Shown: positions 52,996-64,000 of the stretch, piece by piece
How the letters are laid out: every line of letters begins with the position of its first letter
Numbering within the stretch: the first letter of the stretch is position 1
DNA from: Tubiluchus corallicola
Lineage: Eukaryota > Animalia > Priapulida
Assembly: GCA_030141605.1 (NCBI GenBank)
Contig: JAQGDQ010001079.1
Location: forward strand, 1 to 64,000
DNA: 64,000 nt
Direction of reading: 5' to 3'
Notes under the pieces: generated by a model
Databases searched by the model: none
What the model was told of the DNA's origin: nothing
What the model saw: the letters and a program-made list of their open reading frames with translations, nothing else
Position numbers and translations under genes: made by a program

Positions 52996-53518
52996 GTTTA
53001 CTGAAGATATACGATGCGATATGCCTACATGTCTTCAGAAAACCGGAAGTTTTGATAACAATTATAACCGTGGGTTTAATAGCCGAGTGGTCATGATAGT
53101 GGTTTACTGAAGATATACTATGCTATATGCCTATATGTCTTCAGAAAACAGAAATTTTTGATAACAATTATAACCGTGGGTTTAATAGCCGAGTGGTCAT
53201 GATAGTGGTTTACTGAAGATATACTATGCTATATGCCTATATGTCTTCAGAAAACAGAAATTTTTGATAACAATTATAACCGTGGGTTTAATAGCCGAGT
53301 GGTCATGATAGTGGTTTACTGAAGATATACTATGCTATATGCCTATATGTCTTCAGAAAACAGGAATTTTTGATAACAATTATAACCGTGGGTTTAATAG
53401 CCGAGTGGTCATGATAGTGGTTTACTGAAGATATACTATGCTATATGCCTACATGTCTTCAGAAAACAGGAATTTTTGATAACAATTATAACCGTGGGTT
53501 TAATAGCCGAGTGGTCAT
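52996..53518. repeat. 106-bp tandem repeat (~5 copies)
   Basis: ggtttactgaag recurs at 53101, 53207, 53313 and 53419. Confidence 0.95.
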
Positions 53519-54091
53519 GTTAAATTCATAACAACCAACGGTAAGCAATGCCTGTTTTGATTACGAAATGGACGTCGGATAGCCTGCTTCAGTACTGGAA
53601 TGCTTCATTTTCTATACTCATCATCATCATTTCTCTTCGTCAAGGAAGGACGTATTGACATAAATGTGACTAAGGCAACTCTGGGTCGTTGCAGAGGATT
53701 ATCTTTGTTAACGAGCTATGTTCCAGTACTACCACAATCATCCACACTACGTAGGGATATGGGTTTGCAGATTTGTATAGACCTATTCCGGAATGCTGAG
53801 CATTGAATTACTCCCTTATAGGCATTTTTCTTTCCACCCTGTCTAAATACGTCATTTAGAATGTATTGATGTTACCGTTTACTGTTGTCGTAGAATCCAC
53901 TTCTCGTGAATATGTTCAAATGCGTTTTGTCATTGATGTGGAGTCATTATTTGAATAATTTAGAGTAAAACTACGACTCCATGTGCACGTAATGCGTAAT
54001 GCGTAATCTGTGATGCGTAATGCGTATTGACTGTTTCGTAAATGCTACGCATATTAACAAAACTCACGGCACTCTTTCCGCCATTTTTGGT

Positions 54092-54623
54092 CACTACTTT
54101 AAAAAGAAATTAAAAGATTATCATTATAACAGGTTTCAACTTCCACATTGTGCATCTGATACTAATTACACAGACTCAACTTTCATCTACCCCCGCCTCT
54201 GACTCCATAAAACGATTAAAAATGTAAAATTTTAAAAAAAATTATGTAATGTAATACGTGTTCTGTTAGTTTTGTAATGTCAAATGTATAAATAGCGTAA
54301 ATGTAATTAATGAAATTTATGTAATGTAAAGCATGTTTCTGTTAATTGTGTCATGTCAAATGTATATTGTGTAAAATATGTCATGTAAAATTTAATGTAC
54401 TTTTGTAATATTGTTTTGTAAAAATATTTTAATATGGTGTTTGTAAATATGTTCATTTATTGTATATAATTAGGCCTTAGTTTTGCACTTTGGTGTTTTT
54501 AGTCAGCACTGGACGCATTTGTCTTGAACAGTGTTGTTATCTTAACATTACGCTGAGGCTTATTCAATTTTATTATAATGAGTGAACCATTTTTATGACA
54601 AATAAAGAATTAATATATGTATA
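54092..54623 (+). mobile_element. LINE 3'UTR fragment (same CR1/L2-type family)
   Basis: rc of 25461-25975. Confidence 0.8.
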
Positions 54624-55059
54624 TTCGTGAAAATTGCAAGCAATGATTTCAGGAAACCATGTCTCGTCGAAATTTAAACGTGATAATTACAGCATCAGCT
54701 TATTATTGTACTATTAGATGGAAAAGAAAGCACGTGTTTTGGGTGCATAACATTTTGCAGTGGAGAGAACAATGCGGCAGGCATCATCATTTAGTGAAAG
54801 AAAGGCAGTTAGATGCACAACACATAACTACATGCTTCTTCCATCTCTCAAAGACTCAAATAGAAAAATTATTCTTGTTTGTTTATAAGTGCCAAAGTTA
54901 CCAAAACTCTCCTAACTACAATTTTCAGAAAGCTAAACAGCGAAAATGGTCGCCGGAAACTCGAAAACTCACTGTAATCACCTAGGCAATAGAGATTTCC
55001 CGTATTGCTGCGTGATGCGTATTTGGACGATAGCGATCAGGTTCGAATGAATACGAAAC

Positions 55060-55320
55060 CCGCATCGCGTATTACAGATCACACATCGCGTATTACGGAT
55101 CACGCATCGTGTATTACGGATCACGCATTGCGTATTACGGATCACGCATCGCGTATTACGAATCACGCATCGCATATTACGGATCACGCATCGCGTATTA
55201 CGGATCACGCATCGCGTATTACGGATCACGTATCGCATATTACGGATCACGCATCGCGTATTACGGATCACGCATCGCGTATTACGAATCACGTATCGCG
55301 TATTACGGATCACGCATCAC
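55060..55320. repeat. 21-bp CpG-rich minisatellite (cgcatcgcgtattacggatca)n, ~12 copies
   Basis: Direct observation. Confidence 0.95.
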
Positions 55321-55525
55321 GTACACATGGAAACACTTCTACATGTTTAAATACAAACTATTGTATACGCATTGCAGATCACGCATCACACATTACGTAA
55401 ACATGGGGTCATATCTTAACTCTATGACACGTCACAACGTAAAAACTGTCTAAAAAGGCATTTCCTAATTAACAACGAAAACAAGCCAGGCATCGCGGCG
55501 AAATAGGCTACTTTATAGAGTGACT

Positions 55526-56166
55526 TATATATATATATATATATCTATATATATATATATTAATTCTTTATTTGTCATAAAAATGGTTCACTCATTATAA
55601 TAAAATTGAGTAAGCCTCAGCGTAATGTTAAGATAACAACACCGTTCAAGACAAATGCGTCCAGTGCAGACTAAAAAAAACTAAAGTGCAAAACTAAGGT
55701 CTAATTATATACAATAAATGAACATATTTACAAACACCATATTAAAATATTTTTACAAAACAATATTACAAAAGTACATTAAATTTTACATGACATATTT
55801 TACACTATAAATACATTTGACATGACACAATTAACAGAAACATGCTTTACATTACATAAATTTCACTCATTACATTTACACTATTTATACATTTGACATT
55901 ACAAAACTAACATAACACGTATTACATTACATAATTTTTTTAAAATTTTTACATTTTTAATCATTTTATGGAGTCAGGGGCGGGGGTAGATGAAAGTTGA
56001 GTCTGTGTAATTAGTATCAGTTGCACAATGTGGAAGTTGAAACCTGTTATATTGATATTCTTTTAATTTCTTTTTAAAGTGGTGGAGAGATTCTATTTGT
56101 TTTATTTCACTGGGTAGTAAGTTCCATAAATGTATGGCCTGTTTTGATATAGAGTTATTTCCAAAT
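55526..56166 (-). mobile_element. LINE 3' fragment (same family) with (TA)n tail
   Basis: Near-identical to 25454-26058. Confidence 0.82.
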
Positions 56167-56672
56167 AACTTTACTTCGCTAGCAAGTAACCAAAAAAATG
56201 TATTGCGGTTCCAACGCGCGCAAATTTAGTGGGTACTCTAATGACAAATTTACTCAAAGCGTTAAAAGCGAGTTTCCAAAGCCACGAGTTGTTCGCGTGA
56301 CGAATGTTTATTTCATAACGCAACAACGTAATGCGTTTACATTGTTTCTTAATCTTAATGGAATTTTGTAACGGAATAACGTGACTTACTATCACGTATG
56401 ACAGAAAGTGAGGTTTAGCTTTTAAAACCATTTCGAGTTTTAGGTCTAATTCTGAGTCAAATTAAGTCTTTATTTAGCTAATTAACTAATGCTCCAACTG
56501 TAAATGTTGACAACAGAAAATTATTTAAAACCGGCTATGTCATGTCGATTTTAGCACAAATTTTTACTTTTGATTTTTAGTCACTTGTTTTTTACCAGGC
56601 ATGTTTACTACGCAGCTTCACAAATTTCTTCTTTTCGTCCATTTGTTTGTTTTTTCTTTCTTTCTATCTATT

Positions 56673-56747
<75 letters not shown>

Positions 56748-56819
56748 TCTTTCTATCTAGCTATCTGTCTGTCTGTGTTAGACAACTATCTTAGTTCTTT
56801 GTGTTTTTTACTGTCCGTT

Positions 56820-57496
56820 TGAACAAGTATGCGAGTTACTTGGCGAGTTACTTAGTGAGCTTTTAGCAGTGAACCTAAGAATGAGTGTCAGTGCGCGCTT
56901 GTGGTCGGGGAGTAATCGCAGTAAGTTTTGCTCGTTTGTTTGAACAAGCTTGTGAGTTACTTGGCGAGTTACTTAGTGAGTTACTTAGTGAGTTTTTAGC
57001 AGTGAACCTAAGAATGAGTGTCAGCGCGCTCTTGTAGTCGGAGAGTAATCGCAGTAAGATTTGCTTTTTTGTCTGAACACACTTGTGAGTTACTTAGCGA
57101 GTTACTTAGTGGGTTACTTAGTGAGTTTTTAGCAGTGAACCTCTGAATAGGTGTTGGCACGCGCTTGTAGTCTGAGAGTAATCGCAGTAAGTTTTGCTCT
57201 TTTGTCTGAACACGCTTGCGAGTTACTTGGCGAGTTACTTAGTGAGTTTTTAGCAGTGAACCTAAGAATGAGTGTCAGCGCGCTCTTGTAGTCGGAGAGT
57301 AATCGCAGTAAGATTTGCTTTTTTGCCTGAACACACTTGTGAGTTACTTAGCGAGTTACTTAGCGACTTACTTAGTGAGTTTTTAGCAGTGAACCTCTGA
57401 ACAGGTGTCAATAGTCAGAGAGTAATTGCAACAAGTTACGAGTTACTTGGCGAGGAAACTCACTAGTCTGAACGCGCCACTAGTCTGAACGCGCCA
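56820..57496. repeat. ~120-130-bp tandem array related (rc) to the 40316-41280 array, ending in a doubled agtctgaacgcgcc terminus
   Basis: Shared motifs gagtgtca, gagagtaa.cgcag.aagttttg and gcgagttac. Confidence 0.7.
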
Positions 57497-57954
57497 CAAG
57501 AATGATTTTTCGCTTAGTTACCTGTGAGTAACTAAATCATTTGAGGTTCAAAAGTCATGGCATCGCAACCTGTAACGACTCATAAATCACTTTTGCTCCT
57601 TATAACGTACAGCAGATGTGCTCATCTCAACAATAAAATCTCAGTTGACATGACTCATTTCACGCTTGGATGAGTATAACTGATGAAATGTGGCTTCATT
57701 GATGAAAAATAAAATCTTACCGACATGACAACAAACAGTCAAACGCACGAACCACCTTCAACAAGCAGACAGGCGTGGAAACAACAAGCATTACAATGCA
57801 GAGAAAATTGATGAAATTGCTTACAGAGAATGTCAAGCCGAGAAAGACTCGCTAGTTCACATTTTAGAAGCCACTGTATTAAGCAAAAGATGGATTTTCA
57901 ACCAAAAGTTTTGCTTGTGACAAGTTGCTGAGTTTAAAGTGTACTGTTGTCACT

Positions 57955-58653
<699 letters not shown>

Positions 58654-59009
58654 TCAACCCCGATGGCGGTGTTGCCGTCGTCACCGCCACCGCCAATGTT
58701 GTTCAAAACTAACTTTTTACATACATACTCAGATACAGCACAAATACAGTACAAACTGACATAAAACTGGTAACATCAGTTAACCAAGTTTTAAGAGAAA
58801 GAGCATTTGTTGCACCATGAAACACTAGTCAAACTTAACAAATCCGTAGAACCTTATCTTGTATGCCGATATCTGAGTATCATTAATCATCCATATCATT
58901 GTCTCATCTATCATATCTCTATATCATCCGCCCCCCCCCCGACTAATTTTCGCCATTCCTTGCACGTCTTATTTCCTGTTTTACCACCAGTATATAAAGT
59001 TTTTCCACC

Positions 59010-59325
<316 letters not shown>

Positions 59326-60379
59326 AGAGAGAGGAGAAATAAGGAAAGAAAGTAAGAAAGATAAATAGATAGGAAGAAAAAACAAACAAATGGACGAAAA
59401 GAAGAAACTTGTGAAGCTGCGTAGTAAACATGCCTGGTAAAAAACAAGTGACTAAAAATCAATAATTTATCCACACATATTGCACTATCACAATGTCACG
59501 TGTCACAATGCAGAAGTTAATTATAATAATTATATCCTGGAATTAACTGTTCTAATTTAAACAACCGAGTAGAAATAACTGTTGCTAATGTCAAAAAATG
59601 AACTAGGCAAGGTTCTAGCTGGCTGTTAATAAAATTACAACAGCATGGACTGCAAGGCGTTGTCAAGTGTACACAAATGCCTTGTCTGGTACACTTAACC
59701 TTTGACCTTTCACGATAGTCATCAATTGCTGGAACTGTGAAAAGGCTTATTAATAATTAACGGTGACGTAATCTTTGAAAGCTTACATCATGGTTGACGG
59801 TGTGGTACCCATCAGAGCATACGTACTTAACATAAAAACGTATGAAGACATTCACTAAGCACTCAGCTAATGCCACCATCAGTTGGCCTCGTTATGGTAA
59901 TTATTTATTTATGGTAATTCGGTTGTCCATACCAAAGTCACTCTCCGTTATGCAGACGGAAAACCTTTCTAGCTGCAACAGAGACCTTTGTTCGGGATTT
60001 TTGTAAAAAATGTGCCCACAAAACTTCATGCGATTTAATCGGCTTCATTAAGTGTCCATAGGCAAACAAGAAATCAACTGACTGACCAACCAATTAACCA
60101 ACTAACCGAGTAACCATGTGGCAGATCAATCATTAACCATTTGGCTTTGTCTGCAACAAAATGAAGATTTTCACTGCCTGTGCATGTTGGAATAAACTTA
60201 CTAATCAAGTTTTGAAAACAGAAATTAATTGTGAATTCTTAAAAGAAGTTCACATGTTAATGTTAATATAAAAAAATAAAAACGACTCACAAATTTGGCT
60301 CTTTCAACCTTAAAATTCGTCATAATTCACAGCAGTTTGCACCACTTGCAAATATTACAAGGACCACCAGTTGAAATTA

Positions 60380-60757
60380 CAAGTAAAAAAAACTCGCTTA
60401 GTTGCTTCAAACATTTCTTCAGCAACATTGTTGCAAGTTTAATGAATAAACTACCACCATATGTGAATGATGCTCCAACTGCAAATGCTGGCAACAGAAA
60501 ATCATTAAAAAACCGGCCATGTCATGTTGATTTTAGCAAATTTTTACTTTTTAAACAGACACTTGTAAGCAGCTATTTTAGTTATTTGTGTTTTTTACCT
60601 TAATCTTCTACATATATGATTATTATCATCACTTTGTTTCAATTTGCACTGTTTTTGTAGTTGTCCTTTATTATTTTATTTCAGTTTTTAACTGCCTTGT
60701 CACTCGTCTATTGCACTTTGAAGGTTACGAAATAAAAAAATGAAAAAATAAATAAAA
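60380..60757 (+). mobile_element. CR1-like LINE 3' fragment
   Basis: HFFSNIVASLMNKLPPYVNDAPT...KNR resembles a CR1 ORF2 C-terminus; A-rich aataaa tail; related piece at ~56485-56600. Confidence 0.55.
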
Positions 60758-60974
60758 TGTAGCCACACAACTCAGTTACTTCAATGCACTTTCTGAAAAA
60801 TTAATGAATATGCGATTCGTTCATTTAATGGATTGTTCACAGGAAGAAAAACAAAGAGACGATAACAATGAAGAAACGAACAGCAAAACTGAGGAAACCA
60901 GCAAAAAGTTAAAAAGATCGATGGAGAATCGATCGAGTAAACGAGTGGACCATAAACCAGCAATGAATAATTGC

Positions 60975-62570
60975 ACAAGCAAATAAATACACAACGGTGT
61001 AAACAAACAATACGCAGACATAGAAACAAATAAATACACAACGGTGTAAATAGACAACATGCAACATAGAAACAAATAAATGCACAATGTCGTAAACAAA
61101 CAACATGCAACATAGAAACAAATAAATACACAACGGCATAAATAGACAACACGCAAACATAGAAACAAATAAATACACAACGGCGTAAATAGACAACATG
61201 CAACATAGAAACAAATAAATACACAATGGCGTAAATAGACAACATGCAACATAGAAACAAATAAATACACAACGGCGTAAATAGACAACACGCAAACGTA
61301 GAAACAAATAAATACACAACGGCGTAAATAAACAACATGCAACATAGAAACAAATAAATACACAACAGCGTAAATAAACAATACGCAGACATAGAAACAA
61401 ATAAATACACAACGGCGTAAATAGACAACACGCAAACATAGAAACAAATAAATACACAACGGCGTAAATAGGCAACATGCAACATAGAAACAAATAAATA
61501 CACAACGGCGTAAATAGACAACATGCAACATAGAAACAAATAAATACACAACGGCGCAAATAGACAACACGCAAACATAGAAACAAATAAATGCACAATG
61601 TCGTAAACAAACAACACGCAAACATAGAAACAAATAAATGCACAATGTCGTAAACAAACAACATGCAACATAGAAACAAATAAATACACAACGGCGTAAA
61701 TAGACAACATGCAGACATAGAAACAAATAAATACACAACGGCGTAAATAGACAACATGCAACATAGAAACAAATAAATACACAACGGCGTAAATAGACAA
61801 CACGCAAACATAGAAACAAATAAATACACAACGGCGTAAATAGGCAACACGCAAACATAGAAACAAATAAATACACAATGGCGTAAACAAACAACACGCA
61901 AACATAGAAACAAATAAATACACAATGGCGTAAATAGACAACACGCAAACATAGAAACAAATAAATACACAATGGCGTAAACAAACAACACGCAAACATA
62001 GAAACAAATAAATACACAACGGCGTAAATAAACAACACGCAAACATAGAAACAAATAAATACACAACAGCGAAAATAAACAACACGCAAACATAGAAACA
62101 AATAAATACACAATGGCGTAAACAAACAACACGCAAACATAGAAACAAATAAATACACAACGGCGTAAATAAACAACACGCAAACATAGAAACAAATAAA
62201 TACACAACAGCGAAAATAAACAACACGCAAACATAGAAACAAATAAATACACAACAGCGAAAATAAACAACACGTAAACATAGAAACAAATAAATAAACA
62301 ACAGCGATAAATAAACAACACGTAAACATAGAAACAAATAAATACACAACGGCGTAAATAAACAACACGCAAACATAGAAACAAATAAATACACAACAGC
62401 GAAAATAAACAACACGCAAACATAGAAACAAATAAATACACAACATGAAACATAGAAACAAATAAATACATAACAGCGTAAACAAACAACACGCAAACAT
62501 AGAAACAAATAAATACACAACGTCGTGAACAAACAACACGCAAACATAGAAACAAATAAATACACAAATA
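60975..62570. repeat. 46/47-bp minisatellite (~34 copies)
   Basis: Unit aaacatagaaacaaataaatacacaacggcgtaaatagacaacacgc. Confidence 0.96.
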
Positions 62571-63257
62571 AATACGCAATCAAACAAACAACTTGCAAAA
62601 CAAGTTGCAAGAGAAGTTTCAAAGCTATTCAACTTTACTCTCAGAGAGAAGTTGCGCAACAAGTTGAGAGAGAAGTTTCCACGTCTGAACGCGCCATTAT
62701 ACAAAAGATCTCGCAACTACACTTGGCCTCACTGGCTCCTAGAAACAGAGATGGCAACCCTGGACTTTTGGTTCATTTCCATTTTAAACCGCTAAAAACT
62801 GACTCTAAAAGATCAACGCAATTTATCTAATAAAGCACATCGTCTTTGACTGGAAATCAATGAGCGAGAAAAACCATGAAACCAAACAGAGCGATTTATC
62901 AATGTTTCTGACAAACAAGAGAGATCGCAAAACTGTGAATGTTCACAGAGATTAAAAACAACAAGTCGCAGTGTGAAAAATCGCAGTGTAGATTTATGAG
63001 TTTTTGAATAACAGAATATGGCAGTGATTCTGATGACACTAAATGATGTCCTTCATCTCTGAGCTAAAAAACTCCTGTCAAACAGAATTGTGGTTTGAAG
63101 TAAGAACTTTTCACAGTTATACATGTCGGCACAAAGAGACGTGGGTGATGAATGATATGTGTAAAAGACGATTAATTTAGGGTAAGAAGAAGCCATCATA
63201 TAAGTATGCCTTGCCTTCTCCTACTTTCTTATATCATGCATTGTTTTGCTTTGATTA

Positions 63258-63830
63258 GCCTTACCTTGCCTTACCTTACCTTGCCTTACCTTGCCTTGCC
63301 TTGCCTTGCCTTGACTTGCCTTGCCTTGTTTTGCCTTGCCTTGACTTGACTTGCCTTGACTTGACTTGACTTGACTTGCCTTGCCTTGCCTTGCCTTGCC
63401 TTGACTTGACTTGCCTTGACTTGACTTGACTTGACTTGACTTGCCTTGCCTTGCCTTGCCTTGCCTTGCCTTGCCTTGCCTTGCCTTGCCTTGCCTTGCC
63501 TTGCCTTGCCTTGCCTTGACTTGACTTGCCTTGCCTTGCCTTGACTTGACTTGACTTGCCTTGCCTTGACTTGACTTGACTTGCCTTGCCTTGCCTTGCC
63601 TTGCCTTGCCTTGCCTTGCCTTGCCTTGCCTTGCCTTGCCTTGCCTTGCCTTGCCTTGCCTTGACTTGACTTGACTTGACTTGACTTGTCTTGTCTTGTC
63701 TTGTCTTGCCTTGCCTTGCCTTGCCTTGCCTTGCCTTGCCTTGCCTTGCCTTGCCTTGCCTTGCCTTGCCTTGCCTTGCCTTGCCTTGCCTTGCCTTGCC
63801 GTGCCTTGCTTTGCCTTGCCTTGCCGTGCC
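63258..63830. repeat. (CCTTG/ACTTG)n pentanucleotide microsatellite
   Basis: Direct observation. Confidence 0.97.
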
Positions 63831-64000
63831 TTGTCTTCCTGCACCTTGCCTTGACTTGCGCTGCTTTGCCTTGTCACGCCTTGTCTTCCTGCATTGCTTT
63901 GACTTACCTTACTTTGCCTTGTCTCAACGATGCTTTGCCTTTGTCGTAACTTGCTACTGACTGCTGAATCCAAGCCTCGTCCAAACCACTGACAATGAAA

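Larger units (their letters stand above)
53962..55423 (+). mobile_element. Non-autonomous PIF/Harbinger derivative with a transposase N-terminal remnant
   Basis: Imperfect ~35-bp TIRs (agagtaaaactacgactccatgtgcacgtaatg / cattacgtaaacatggggtcatatcttaactct). ORF 54659-54985 has FWVHNILQWREQCG..HHLVKE.QLD...FFHLSK.Q, resembling a Harbinger transposase N-terminus from memory. Confidence 0.6.

Noticed and set aside
53000-53060. Hammerhead ribozyme (CTGAAGA...GAAA); also the near-match at ~57680-57707
   Set aside because: No stem II forms between the core motifs in the first; the second has GATG where GAAA is required.
54978-55453. Repetitive ORFs (VIRNTRC/ITDHASR/AYYGSRI)
   Set aside because: Translations of the 21-bp minisatellite.
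60781-62716. Three 556-631-aa minus-strand ORFs
   Set aside because: They are translations of the 46/47-bp satellite, open in all three frames.

Overview
AT-rich, repeat-dense animal genomic DNA. It has GT-AG introns and many microsatellites. The 5S-derived sequence resembles lophotrochozoan/mollusc-type 5S rRNA, so a marine invertebrate source is an inference. Genes: (1) the 3' part of a multi-exon gene with one ShKT domain per phase-1 exon (7 domain exons plus a terminal exon, 645-12930, +); (2) a single-coding-exon 12-finger C2H2 zinc-finger gene (17445-19148, +); (3) an intronless GT10 alpha-1,3-fucosyltransferase (23450-24724, -); (4) two tandem intronless class-A GPCR paralogues, the second frameshifted. 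The rest is transposon-derived or satellite: hAT, piggyBac, Kolobok-like, Tigger-like and Harbinger-like MITEs, three solo LTRs with perfect 5-bp TSDs, CR1/L2-type and RTE LINE fragments, and a 5S-rRNA-headed SINE. Top observation: the fucosyltransferase gene lies inside a 5,921-bp unit (21263-27183) bounded by perfect 13-bp hAT-type TIRs and a perfect 8-bp target-site duplication (ctgttcag), a candidate gene-capturing 'Pack-hAT' element. All family assignments are from manual reading; no searches were run.
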